Source: a virus | Taxonomy: Duplodnaviria; Caudoviricetes | Strand: one strand, 5' to 3' | DNA length: 64,000 bases | Virus record (IMG/VR): IMGVR_UViG_3300014613_000025 | Coordinates: 1 to 64,000 of that record | In this document: positions 1-9,605 of the stretch, piece after piece | Layout: each line of letters opens with the position of its first letter | How positions within the stretch are numbered: the first letter of the stretch is position 1 | Made by a program: the position numbers and the translations under genes | Notes under the pieces: model-generated | What the model was told of the DNA's origin: nothing | Databases searched by the model: none | Seen by the model: the letters and a program-made list of their open reading frames with translations, nothing else

Positions 1-89
1 ATGTCGTCGATGCACAACATCTGGCACTCAAGGTCGAAGTTCTCCGACGCTAGTTCAATGCAGTGCCGTTTCCAGTCTCGCTTCTTCAT
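1..89 (-). CDS. hypothetical protein, 5' part (runs off the window)
   Basis: ATG at 89 preceded by GGAGGTGA; reads MKKRDWKRHCIELASENFDLECQMLCIDD with no stop before the edge. Confidence 0.65.
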   Translation of the reverse strand, partial: MKKRDWKRHCIELASENFDLECQMLCIDD

Positions 90-106
90 GTGCATCACCT
101 CCATAG

Positions 107-153
107 TGCCGCCCGGTGGAATCGAACCACCCTTGCACCGACTGCATGGCGGC
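107..153 (-). ncRNA. minimal tRNA-like element (acceptor stem + T-arm, no D arm)
   Basis: GCCGCC/GGCGGC 6-bp stem, T-arm GGTGG-TTCGATT-CCACC, one small hairpin TGCA-GTCGG-TGCA between them, no encoded CCA. Confidence 0.45.
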
Positions 154-472
154 TAACGGTCTGTGCATTCCGGGGTTGCAGAGGACAGCACAGACCCTGG
201 CATCAATGGCGCGTTCCTTCCTCGCGCGTTATATGTGCGCGGTGCTCGTGTCGGGTTGCCAACCCAATGCAGACTATGCGTTACGCGCTCCGTTGTGGGG
301 TTCTGTCCACCTCGTCTTGTCTGCTAGCAGCATCTCACGAGCCGTCTGACTATGTCGTTGTTCGTACCGCTACTTGGCGCCTTGTGTCCGTTCGCGGCAT
401 GGCATCCTCCTGGTTAGCGTTGGCCTCGTTGCCGACATCTACTAGTTAGCCATTGCCTCCTACGTGTCAAGG

Positions 473-895
473 TCAGAACGGAATTGATCCCACGTCGTCG
501 AACCCGTTGTTTGCGTCCGACGACAACCCATCATTGTCACGACTGCCGCGCGTGGCATCGTTGCGTTGTGGTTGCGCATCCCGCTTCCCGCCCAACAGAC
601 ACACGTCGCTAACGCGAATCTCCAACGACACCGCATCACCGCTACCGTCCCGCTTCGGGTACGTGCGCAGCGACACCTCGCCAGTCACGTCAATGGCATC
701 GCCCTTGCGGATGTACTCCGCGACCTTGACGGCCCTATCTCCCCACCACGAACAACTGAACCACTGCGTCTCGCCGTCCTTCTTGAACGCGCTGACTCCC
801 ACGCGCCAAGACACTACCGGCGTACCGCCAGCGTTGCGCGTCTCTGCGTCTGCGGCCACGTGGCCGATGATGTTGCAAACGTTCTTGCGTGCCAT
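473..895 (-). CDS. ssb: single-stranded DNA-binding protein
   Basis: N-terminal NIIGHVAADAETR, KGDAIDVTGEVSLRTY, acidic tail ending DDVGSIPF; GGAGG before ATG 895. Confidence 0.93.
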   Translation of the reverse strand: MARKNVCNIIGHVAADAETRNAGGTPVVSWRVGVSAFKKDGETQWFSCSWWGDRAVKVAEYIRKGDAIDVTGEVSLRTYPKRDGSGDAVSLEIRVSDVCLLGGKRDAQPQRNDATRGSRDNDGLSSDANNGFDDVGSIPF

Positions 896-906
896 TATCT
901 CGCCTC

Positions 907-2004
907 CTACTTGCATGCCTTGTATGATGTCGTATCAACCTCTCGCACCGCTTGCGCTTCCCACAACGCATCCCAGATGGCCTTGGGTTCCACCTCTGCC
1001 GACTTCGCTGCGGCGTTGATTGCCGCGACGCTAATGGTCTGCTTGACGTCTACCGCTAGGCACATCGTGTTTAGCACTGGTAGTGCCTTGGTGACGTCGA
1101 TGCTACGCCGAACAACGTTGATGGGCTTCAGTGTCTTGCCGTTTGGTAATGGCACAGCCCCATCCGTTTCGACTCTGAACTTCAACGCGCGCTCCAACGC
1201 TTCAACAAATAGTTTGGCGCGCTGCAACCGCTCCCACGCTTCGCCAACCTGAACCGGACCCATCGCCGTTACCGCTGCAAGCACCGCCTCGCCGTCCGAC
1301 AAAACGTGACGCGCAAGCGCTGTTGTTGACGGGCACGAACCCTTCGCCGCACAGTAGCGGCACTGCGGGCCAGTCCTCACGTCGGGAACGCCACCAGCCG
1401 CAACGATGGCGCGGTCTCTCTCTACGCGTCTAGCGATGTCGCTCACGCGCCTTGCGATGTCGGCCATATCGATTGAGTCATACGCCCTTGAATTGCGGTA
1501 CACGTCAGACCCGTCAAGGTGCACGATGTTGACCTCCACCTCGTCAACGTCATAGATGCGACTGACGCAATACGCGCCAAGCGCAAGCTGCAACGTTTCA
1601 ACGTCCGGGGCCTCGCGTCCAGTCTTGTAGTCATCAACCACGTAGACGCCATCGGCCTTGACCCATACACGGTCAAGTGTGATTGGTATCCAACCCTTCG
1701 GGCATGCGCTATAGTTGCGCCCAAGGCTTGACCCAAGGTGTCGGACCGCTCGCGTAGCCGGGTCGAATACATAGGTTGGTTCGCGCAGGTCAATGCCGTG
1801 GGACTTCGGGCGTGCCGCGTCAACGTCAACCTCGCCACAGTCTGCCTCGTAACCCGGTGTGACCGTCCCGTTTTCGAGGAAGAGGTGGATAGCGTGACCC
1901 CTGTCTGCTGGCTCGCCAGCGGGGTCTGTGATGCACGGCAACGCGTGTGAGGCTGGGCATGCATCCGCCTGGTCCAAGCGACTTCCTGATAGTGTCTGGC
2001 TCAC
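907..2004 (-). CDS. PD-(D/E)XK RecB/Cas4-like exonuclease
   Basis: DRVW...VVDDYKTG nuclease motif and C-terminal GPQCRYCAAKGSC cysteine cluster; adjacent to SSB and AAA ATPase. Confidence 0.8.
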   Translation of the reverse strand: MSQTLSGSRLDQADACPASHALPCITDPAGEPADRGHAIHLFLENGTVTPGYEADCGEVDVDAARPKSHGIDLREPTYVFDPATRAVRHLGSSLGRNYSACPKGWIPITLDRVWVKADGVYVVDDYKTGREAPDVETLQLALGAYCVSRIYDVDEVEVNIVHLDGSDVYRNSRAYDSIDMADIARRVSDIARRVERDRAIVAAGGVPDVRTGPQCRYCAAKGSCPSTTALARHVLSDGEAVLAAVTAMGPVQVGEAWERLQRAKLFVEALERALKFRVETDGAVPLPNGKTLKPINVVRRSIDVTKALPVLNTMCLAVDVKQTISVAAINAAAKSAEVEPKAIWDALWEAQAVREVDTTSYKACK

Positions 2005-2963
2005 GCGTTGCCCCCATCCTCGCCATCATCCGAACCGGGTTCGCGTTCCACCGGTTCGGCTACGCGGTTGCGCGCGACCTCGAATGCCTTGACCACGTCG
2101 GCGAACCCGCGCATCTTGTCGCGGTTGCGCTTGGCTTTCGCCAGGTCAGGCATGATGGCGTCGAGGTCAAGTTGGGTGACGCAAGCGTTGAGTCTTGCGA
2201 TGATGTCCGCGCTCCCATCGTCGTCGCGAATCTCAGCAAGCGGAGTGCGTGTCTTGGTGGGTTCGTCCACTGACGCAACGCCATCGGTCAACCACTCGCG
2301 CAACGTGGCCGCGACGTCAAGGCCAGCACGGCGCACAACCTGTCCAGTCATGGCAGGGCAACGCGACTTGCTGACGATAAGGTTGTTGTCTTGGTCGAGG
2401 TCTGCCACAAGGTCAAACTCATACTCCATGCCATCTCGTTGTACCGGTGCCATTCCCACCTTACGCACAACCGTCTTGCCGCTTCGCTCGTCTTTCTCTT
2501 GCACGTATTCGGTTTTGCTCCGCATGGTCGCAATCACGTGCAACTTCGCGCCGACGATGGCGTCAATGAGTGCGTTGTGTTGCGGCGTGACGTCGCGCCA
2601 TGCTCCGAACGAATTGCCACGCTGTCGCTTTGCCGCGTTGTCCACTTGCTCCAACGCGCCACCCTTGCCAACCCATGCGTGAGACAGTGAGTCAATGATG
2701 ACAACGTCAAAGCCCTCGTCTTCAGCGTCCGCGATTGCTCGCACGTAGTCAAGCGGCCCGTGCGTCTCCAACCCAAGTGCGTCGAATTCAAAGATGTCGG
2801 CGTACTTGCTGGCACTGCCACGCTCCGTGTCAATCAGCGCAACACGCTTGCCCAACCCTTCCGCGATTGATAGTGCAGTGTAGGTTTTCCCGCTTCCGCT
2901 CGGCCCGATAAGTGCGAGTCGCAGTCGCGCTGACTTCTTGGTTGCTTTCTGGAATCGTCCCAT
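2001..2963 (-). CDS. AAA ATPase, Sak4/AAA_24-like recombination protein
   Basis: Walker A GPSGSGKT, LIDTERGS, Walker B VIIDSLSHAW; typical phage recombination operon context. Confidence 0.85.
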   Translation of the reverse strand: MGRFQKATKKSARLRLALIGPSGSGKTYTALSIAEGLGKRVALIDTERGSASKYADIFEFDALGLETHGPLDYVRAIADAEDEGFDVVIIDSLSHAWVGKGGALEQVDNAAKRQRGNSFGAWRDVTPQHNALIDAIVGAKLHVIATMRSKTEYVQEKDERSGKTVVRKVGMAPVQRDGMEYEFDLVADLDQDNNLIVSKSRCPAMTGQVVRRAGLDVAATLREWLTDGVASVDEPTKTRTPLAEIRDDDGSADIIARLNACVTQLDLDAIMPDLAKAKRNRDKMRGFADVVKAFEVARNRVAEPVEREPGSDDGEDGGNA

Positions 2964-3011
2964 TGCCCTTAACCTCCCACCGTTGTCTCTTGCCATCAAT
3001 CCAACACCCGC

Positions 3012-3248
3012 TCATGGTGACTGCCACCGCGAGCATGACTCGTCTTCACTCCACTCCGTATTGGTGTGCACGCAAACCACCTTGTCCCCGTCGATGAATC
3101 TGGCGTGCTTGCACTCGCCACAATTCTCGTAAAGCTCCACCTGGTCGAGACTCGTATTGATGGCGTCGCGCAGTCTGCTACACTCCACGATTGCGCACTC
3201 CAGTGCTCTCAAGTCTTGCCGTGCAAAGCGGTAGTTGGGAGACGTCAT
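3012..3248 (-). CDS. hypothetical protein with CxxC
   Basis: ORF overlapping its upstream neighbour in the operon; CGECKH motif. Confidence 0.55.
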   Translation of the reverse strand: MTSPNYRFARQDLRALECAIVECSRLRDAINTSLDQVELYENCGECKHARFIDGDKVVCVHTNTEWSEDESCSRWQSP

Positions 3249-3514
3249 GCTTCGTATCCTTTCGGGTAGCGTTTGAACCCTGTTCCGCCGCACTTGTGGC
3301 ACGGGTCCAACTGACCGCCAGTGCCATCGCACCAAGTGCAAAGCGTCCGCGCATCGTCGGGTTGTGCGCAACCGTCCGCATACGGACCTTCGTCGTCAAC
3401 GTCGCAGTCGATTGCCGTCAGCGGTTCGCCGCTTGGCGCAAGGTCTGGTTGCCATGCAAGCCGTAACACAGGGAAGGTGTCGTCATCATCGATTGGCTTA
3501 GTCATCGTCGTCAC
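3245..3514 (-). CDS. small zinc-ribbon protein
   Basis: CTWCDGTG...CHKCGGTG repeats of DnaJ zinc-finger type. Confidence 0.6.
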   Translation of the reverse strand: MTTMTKPIDDDDTFPVLRLAWQPDLAPSGEPLTAIDCDVDDEGPYADGCAQPDDARTLCTWCDGTGGQLDPCHKCGGTGFKRYPKGYEA

Positions 3515-3752
3515 CCATTAGCGCGATGGCTTCGCGCAGGTCAGCGGCGGCTATGGCACACTTCCGAGACTCGTGCATTGCCGAAAAACTGTCGTTGTAG
3601 TTTCCGGTCAACTTGTGGCTTAGCGTCTCAAGACTCTCCGCATTCTCTGCGTCAGTGCCAGCATATCCGTATCTGCGAGCAACCAGTCTTCCGTGCCGCA
3701 ATCGCGTAGCAATCGTTGCCGCCTTGTCGTCTCCGTCATGGTCGCGCATCAT
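3498..3752 (-). CDS. hypothetical protein
   Basis: GGAGG RBS; tiles with neighbouring ORFs. Confidence 0.55.
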   Translation of the reverse strand: MMRDHDGDDKAATIATRLRHGRLVARRYGYAGTDAENAESLETLSHKLTGNYNDSFSAMHESRKCAIAAADLREAIALMGDDDD

Positions 3753-3790
3753 CGTCATCCTCCCGTGTCATTCACTAACTGACAGCCAAC

Positions 3791-3949
3791 CTAACCAGCC
3801 ATGTCGGCGCTGTCAAGGTCGCGCAGGTCTTGCTCTAGCCATGCGCCAATGTCTTCGCCGTTGCGTAGCGCGGCAAGCAAGTCCTCGCGACCTAGTTCCA
3901 CCAGCATCGCCTCGATGTCTGCCAGCCTGTCTAGCTCGATGTCGCTCAT
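3791..3949 (-). CDS. small acidic hypothetical protein (52 aa, not in ORF track)
   Basis: MSDIELDRLADIEAMLVELG...SADMAG*; start overlaps stop of upstream ORF. Confidence 0.55.
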   Translation of the reverse strand: MSDIELDRLADIEAMLVELGREDLLAALRNGEDIGAWLEQDLRDLDSADMAG

Positions 3950-4780
3950 GTTGTCCCCCTGTCATGCTTCGGAGTCTGCCAACGTACCGGGCGCGGGAGG
4001 ACACGCTGGCGGGCACGCTGGCAGGCTTCGATACACGACACATCGTCTCGCATTGTCTCGACTCTCTCCTGATACGCATGCAGCAATTGGGACGGGGTAG
4101 CACTGTAGGAGGCGTGCGCCATAACGCGAGCGCGCATCCACTCGATGTCGTTGACGTAGTGGGTCACAGCACACCCCGGCCATGCATGGCGGCAACCACC
4201 GCATCGCCATCGCGCGCGATGTCGGCGACGTCATGCGCTACGCAGTGTCCCTGTCGCACAGCATAGCAGCACGCGGCGTCCTGTAGCCACGAGGACGCGC
4301 CTTCGAGGTTGTCTAGGTGTTCGTCTACCTCCGCAGTCCTAACGGCCACAGCACGAGCCCTGGCGACGTAGGCGTCCAACACCTGCGCCACGTGACGCAG
4401 CGCTACCGGCGACTCCGCGTCAACGGTGAACGGACAGACACTGCGAGCAATCGCGAGACACCGCTCAACCTTGCGCTCGATGGGTTCCAATTCCTCGAAT
4501 GCGCGCGTTAGCGTTTCGGGTATCGGGTAGCGGCGCGTCCAGTGGTTGCCGTTTTTTGTCCACGCGTGGTTCACGACTCACCGCCTTCGCTGTCGCTGTC
4601 GGCGTACCGCGCAACGATGGCGGCGACGTCATCAAGCGTGGCGCACACGCGAGACGTGCCAGCGGTCGACACCTCCCAGCGGTTGCCGCGCAGGGCCGTG
4701 ACGCTTACCGCGCCAAGATCAACCGCGTGGAGTCCTACCGTCGCCTCGATAACCGCAAGTGCTTTGGCTAGTTCCTGCAT
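3946..4780 (-). CDS. three coupled hypothetical ORFs (4571-4780, 4164-4574, 3946-4167)
   Basis: 4-nt start/stop overlaps; first ORF has GGAGG RBS downstream of a sigma70 promoter. Confidence 0.6.
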
Positions 4781-4801
4781 GGTGTGTCCTCCTAGCGACC
4801 C

Positions 4802-4829
4802 ATAATAATCACAGCGGAACCCGTGTCAA
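4802..4829 (-). promoter_or_regulatory. sigma70-type promoter of the leftward recombination operon
   Basis: TTGACA-N16-TATTAT on minus strand, about 20 bp above ATG 4780. Confidence 0.75.
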
Positions 4830-5013
4830 GCATTTTCTTTCGTCCCACATTTGGCCACACGTTCGACGGCCAACGGTTGCGCAGTGTCGAGGCGTGGTTA
4901 GCATGGCACACCATGACGACCGTACTAATTTCGGCAGGCGTAGCGGTAGCAGTCATCGTGGCGGTTGGCGCGTTCCTGGCGTGGCTCGAACAAGACGACG
5001 AATAGGAGGTGAG

Positions 5014-5578
5014 ATGTCGACGTATCAGTGGACCGAAGACGAGCGCACCATCATCGCGCGAGTGTGCTCCGTGCTGTGCGACGCTGGCCTAGGTGCCATG
5101 CGGCACACCGTCGAGGAGCGTATGCACAATGGCAAAGACGATAGTCGCTACGGTGCCTGGACAATCAAGGGCGACCCGCGTGACTACATGGCAGAAGGAG
5201 ACGAAGAGATCATCGACGGGCTAGACTACTACGCTGCGCACATGTCGCGCGTCAAAAAACCGCACATCGTCAAGATGGGAATGCTGCTCATCGCGATGGG
5301 GTGCAAGCTAATCAAGGAGGCATGAGATGGGTACACAGATGAGGTTGTTTCGGTTGTCGCAGGACGAGGTGGAGATCAAGGCGAAGCACCTGGTGACGTG
5401 CAATGCTCAACTGCAAGACGCCAAGGACCGTCTGCTTGATGCGCAGAAGGCATTGCGCGAGTCTGCCGAGGCCGATGCTGTCAAGGAGGTCAAGGAAGAG
5501 ATCAAGTCAATCCGCGAGACGGCCAACGCGCTTATCGCTGACCTCGATAGCGAGTGCATCGTTGGAGTCGAGGCGTGA
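5014..5578 (+). CDS. two hypothetical proteins (5014-5325, 5327-5578)
   Basis: AGGAGG and GGAGG RBS; second is predicted coiled-coil. Confidence 0.6.
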
Positions 5579-5904
5579 ACCTTGACCAGTGGGCCGACAC
5601 CGTTTGGCATACCGCTGTTGAACACGGGTTCCACGATGACGGCATGAACGATGACATCCCGACGTTGTGTGCCAACCTTCACGGCGAAGTCAGCGAACTG
5701 TGGGAGGCATACCGCAACGGTGACATTGACGAACAATGCGACAAGCCAATCCCTCTCACGTGCGCAGAGGAGGAGCTTGCCGACATCATCATCCGTGCGC
5801 TGGACTGCGCCAAACAGAAGGGCATCAACATCGGTCGCGCCGTGCGTATCAAACACGAGTACAACGTTGGCAGACCGTTCCGGCACGGAGGCAAACTGGC
5901 ATGA
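5575..5904 (+). CDS. MazG-like NTP pyrophosphohydrolase
   Basis: LHGEVSELWEAYR and EEELADIIIRALD all-alpha NTP-PPase motifs. Confidence 0.8.
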   Translation: MNLDQWADTVWHTAVEHGFHDDGMNDDIPTLCANLHGEVSELWEAYRNGDIDEQCDKPIPLTCAEEELADIIIRALDCAKQKGINIGRAVRIKHEYNVGRPFRHGGKLA

Positions 5905-6278
5905 GCAATCTCATCTACCTAGCTAGCCCTTACAGCCACCCCGACATGCGCGTTGTGTTGGAGCGCTTCGATGCCGTGTGCCGCGTTGCCGCTATCATGA
6001 TGTCGCGTGGCGAATTCGTGTTCTCGCCCATCGCGCACACTCACCCTATCGCCGTGGTTGGAGACTTGCCAAAGGGCTTCGACTACTGGCAGACGTATGA
6101 CCACATGATGTTGGACATGTGCGGCGGAGTCGCTGTGTTGACCATCGACGGGTGGAAGCAAAGCGTTGGCGTTGCGGATGAGATACGATACGCCAACAGC
6201 ATTGGCCTACCCGTGCGACATATCGGCGAGGATGGCGTTTACCAGTGCTTGACACCTACCGCCCCGTGGTTACGTTGA
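5901..6278 (+). CDS. DUF1937 / nucleoside 2-deoxyribosyltransferase-like protein
   Basis: IYLASPYSHPD...VFSPIAHTH...GWKQSVGVADEI pattern. Confidence 0.75.
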   Translation: MSNLIYLASPYSHPDMRVVLERFDAVCRVAAIMMSRGEFVFSPIAHTHPIAVVGDLPKGFDYWQTYDHMMLDMCGGVAVLTIDGWKQSVGVADEIRYANSIGLPVRHIGEDGVYQCLTPTAPWLR

Positions 6279-6317
6279 GACTCGCAAACGCGTGATAGAC
6301 ATAGGGAGGAATGGCGA

Positions 6318-7679
6318 GTGAGCTATCAGGATTTTCTAGTCAACAAGACACAGATCGGAGCCGACCACGGGTTCGACTTGTTGGAAGTGCCAGACAAGTT
6401 GTTCCCGTTTCAGCGTTCGCTATTGGAGTGGTTGGTTCTCAAAGGCCGCTCCGCTTGCTATGCCAATTGTGGGCTTGGGAAGACCGCGCTCGAACTTGCG
6501 TGGGCGCGCAACGTGAACCTGCACACCGGCAAGCCAACACTGATACTTACTCCGTTGGCGGTGTCGTCACAGACAATCCGTGAGGGTGAGAAGTTCGGTA
6601 TTGAATGCCAACGGTCATCTGACGGGACAGTCTATCCTGTCACCATCACAAACTACGAGCGGCTACACTACTTCGACCCGTCCGCGTTCGCTGGCGTGGC
6701 GTGTGATGAGTCAAGCATTCTCAAGTCGTTTGACGGGGCGCGACGCAATGCCATCACCGACTTCATGCGCAAGGTGCCATACCGTCTACTCGCCACAGCG
6801 ACCGCCGCGCCCAACGACTACATCGAATTGGGAACGTCAAGCGAGGCCCTTGGTTACATGGGCCACATGGACATGTTGGGCAAGTTCTTCCGCAACGAGC
6901 GGGATAATTGCGCGACCAAACGCATGTACGGAGAGGCCCCCAAGTTCCGGTTGAAGGGCCACGCGGAGCTTGCATTCTGGCGTTGGGTGACGTCGTGGGC
7001 GCGTGCTGTGCGCTACCCGTCAGACCTGGGGTTCGAGGATGGTGACTTTCTGTTGCCGCCACTGATTGAAGTGGAGCACGTCATTGATACCGACAGCAAA
7101 CCGGAGGGAATGCTGTTCAACCTACCAGCAAACAATCTGTTTGAACAGCGTGACGAGCGGAGGCGCACCATTGTGGAACGCTGTGAGAAGGTTGCCTCGT
7201 TGGTTGTTGACACTGGTCAACCAGCCATGGTTTGGTGTCACCTAAACGACGAGGGGAATCTACTACAGAAACTGATACCAGGTTCGATTCAGATAGCCGG
7301 TAGCGACTCTGACGACGTCAAAGAGGAGCGGTTGTTGGCGTTTGCTTCTGGCAAGGCGAGAGTGCTAATCACCAAGCCAAAAATCGGCGCATGGGGATTG
7401 AACTTCCAACACTGCAACCACGTGGTATACTTCCCCTCGCACTCCTTCGAGGCTTACTTCCAAGCGGTCAGACGCTGTTGGCGGTTCGGGCAGACTCGAC
7501 CAGTTACGGTCGACATCGTGTTGACCGAGGGCGAGCGCAAGGTCATGGACAACCTGCGCCGGAAGGCAACGGCGGCAGACGTTATGTTTGCCACATTGGT
7601 CGCTGAGATGAACAACGCACTAGCGATTGCAAAGCCAGACGGATTCAACGTTAGAGAGGAAGTGCCATCATGGCTGTGA
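6318..7679 (+). CDS. SNF2-like DEAD/H helicase
   Basis: GLGKT, CDESSILK (DExx), LATATAAPND, C-terminal QAVRRCWRFGQ. Confidence 0.88.
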   Translation: MSYQDFLVNKTQIGADHGFDLLEVPDKLFPFQRSLLEWLVLKGRSACYANCGLGKTALELAWARNVNLHTGKPTLILTPLAVSSQTIREGEKFGIECQRSSDGTVYPVTITNYERLHYFDPSAFAGVACDESSILKSFDGARRNAITDFMRKVPYRLLATATAAPNDYIELGTSSEALGYMGHMDMLGKFFRNERDNCATKRMYGEAPKFRLKGHAELAFWRWVTSWARAVRYPSDLGFEDGDFLLPPLIEVEHVIDTDSKPEGMLFNLPANNLFEQRDERRRTIVERCEKVASLVVDTGQPAMVWCHLNDEGNLLQKLIPGSIQIAGSDSDDVKEERLLAFASGKARVLITKPKIGAWGLNFQHCNHVVYFPSHSFEAYFQAVRRCWRFGQTRPVTVDIVLTEGERKVMDNLRRKATAADVMFATLVAEMNNALAIAKPDGFNVREEVPSWL

Positions 7680-7858
7680 ACGACATCGGTTCTGAAGGCG
7701 CCATGCTTATCATGCAGAAGCGAGAAGAGCAATTGAGGGGAGACGTTGGCGTTGTGGTGGTGTCAAACACCAGACTTCAAAACCTAGTGCTAGCCGGTGC
7801 AGCCATAGCGGCAGAGATTGACATGTTGATTGAGGGAGACGACAATGCCAGTTCTTGA
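7670..7858 (+). CDS. hypothetical protein
   Basis: fills the gap between helicase and MTase with overlaps. Confidence 0.45.
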   Translation: MAVNDIGSEGAMLIMQKREEQLRGDVGVVVVSNTRLQNLVLAGAAIAAEIDMLIEGDDNASS

Positions 7859-8816
7859 CCAGACCATCACCGACACCTACGCGGCATACAACGGCGACTG
7901 TGTTGAAGTCATGCAAGGGTTGCCAAACAATAGCATTGACCTGTCGGTATACTCGCCTCCGTTCTGCGGGCTATACCAGTACAGCAGTCACGAACGTGAC
8001 CTGTCGAATTGCTCAAGCTACGACCAATTCTTTGAACACTACTCGTTCGTTGTTGGCGAACTTGCGCGCATCACCAAGCCAGGGCGCATCACTGCCGTGC
8101 ATTGCACCGACATCCCGTCAGGCAATTCCGGCAAGGACTACTTGATTGACTTCCCAGGCGACATCATTCGACTTCACGACAAGCACGGATTCCGGTTCGT
8201 GTCGCGCCATACGATTTGGAAGGAGCCGTTGTGGGTTCGCAACCGGACCATGACCAAGAACCTGGCGCACAAGACCATCGTCGATGACGCCGCGTACGCT
8301 GGTGTTGCCAGCGCTGACTACATGCTTATCTTTCGCAAGCATGGGGAGAACAAGGTTCCCATCTCGCACGAGCGAGGACTGCACTACTACGCTGGCGAGT
8401 GCCCCATGCCTGCCGACGTCCTACTCTTCCGCGACTGGAAAGGTAAGCAGACAGAGAACCGATTCTCGCACTGGATTTGGAGGCAGTACGCGTCAAGCAT
8501 CTGGGACGATATCCGCATGGGCCACGTGCTGCCGTACCTAGAAAGCCGCGAGAGTGAAGACGAGAAACATGTGCACGCATTACAGTTGGACGTCATTGAC
8601 CGAGTCGTGTGCTTGCGCTCCAATCCTGGCGAGGTTGTGTTCACGCCGTTTATGGGTGTAGGGTCGGAGGTGTACTCAGCGGTAGCGAACGGGCGCAAGG
8701 GTGTTGGCGTCGAACTGAAGGCGAGCTACTACCGGCAAGCAGTCAAAAACCTGGAGACCATTGAGGCCCCTGTTGAACGTGGACAGGTTGACCTGTTCTC
8801 AAGCGGGGCCTCATGA
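7845..8816 (+). CDS. DNA amino-methyltransferase (N4/N6 family)
   Basis: catalytic SVYSPPF motif first, SAM-binding VFTPFMGVGSE later, then GVELKASY. Confidence 0.88.
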   Translation: MPVLDQTITDTYAAYNGDCVEVMQGLPNNSIDLSVYSPPFCGLYQYSSHERDLSNCSSYDQFFEHYSFVVGELARITKPGRITAVHCTDIPSGNSGKDYLIDFPGDIIRLHDKHGFRFVSRHTIWKEPLWVRNRTMTKNLAHKTIVDDAAYAGVASADYMLIFRKHGENKVPISHERGLHYYAGECPMPADVLLFRDWKGKQTENRFSHWIWRQYASSIWDDIRMGHVLPYLESRESEDEKHVHALQLDVIDRVVCLRSNPGEVVFTPFMGVGSEVYSAVANGRKGVGVELKASYYRQAVKNLETIEAPVERGQVDLFSSGAS

Positions 8817-8876
8817 TCTCGCTGTTCTGGTTTTGCATTGCAGTCCTATTCGACGCGATGGGATGGGAGGTGGTAA

Positions 8877-9605
8877 ATGGTTGGCTTCAAAAACGTGGAT
8901 AACGATGCAGTTCTTTCCGACTACATAATGGTAGTGCGCGAACGCGACGCCGCTCACGCTGCCCTGCGACAGATTGCCGACTCGCTAGGCAATGGTGCAT
9001 TCGTTGGCGCAGAGTGCTCGCCCGAATTCCACTGCATGGTAGCGGACGAGGTTGCTGCGGTGGTTGCGAGATTGACGGGAGAACGGGACGCCGCCAACAC
9101 CATGAGGTCGGACATCGTTGAGACGGGTTTTCGCATTGCCGCCGAACGCGACGCCGCGCGGTACGAACTGGAAGCCGAACGCGAGGAATGCAATCAGATC
9201 GTTGCTGCTATGAACCAAGCGGAAGACGAACGCGACGCCGCGCGGGATGAACTGTCCGAGCAGATCGGCGTGACGTACGAATTGCGCGCAGAACTCACCA
9301 AGGCTGAGTCCGAACGCGGCGCAGCGCTCGATCTGGCGTACATCGGAGAACACCGTTTCCCCGATCTCACCTACAAGGCGAGGCTTGAAGAGTGTGTGAC
9401 AGACCTGCGCAAGGCTGAGTCCGAACGCGACGCCGCGCGGGCCGAATTGGTGCGGCTGCAGTGGTCTCACTATGGCCCGTGTGGGCTGAAACAGTGCCCC
9501 AGGTGCTTCGGGTACTCCACGGAATACTCGGCTGATAGCGGGCTAACGCGAGGGCATAAGGCGAACTGTCTGTTGGCCGAAGCATCCGCGCTGGGGAAGC
9601 GATGA
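8877..9605 (+). CDS. coiled-coil protein with repeated ERDAA(R) motifs
   Basis: six ER(D/G)AA units with matching near-identical DNA repeats. Confidence 0.65.
   Translation: MVGFKNVDNDAVLSDYIMVVRERDAAHAALRQIADSLGNGAFVGAECSPEFHCMVADEVAAVVARLTGERDAANTMRSDIVETGFRIAAERDAARYELEAEREECNQIVAAMNQAEDERDAARDELSEQIGVTYELRAELTKAESERGAALDLAYIGEHRFPDLTYKARLEECVTDLRKAESERDAARAELVRLQWSHYGPCGLKQCPRCFGYSTEYSADSGLTRGHKANCLLAEASALGKR

Noticed and set aside
907-2004. Cas4 as evidence of a CRISPR-Cas system
   Set aside because: Sits in a standard SSB/ATPase recombination operon; Cas4-like exonucleases are common in phages.
8940-9440. DNA repeats in ORF 8877-9605 as a regulatory or mobile element
   Set aside because: In frame and explained by the repeated ERDAAR coiled-coil peptide.
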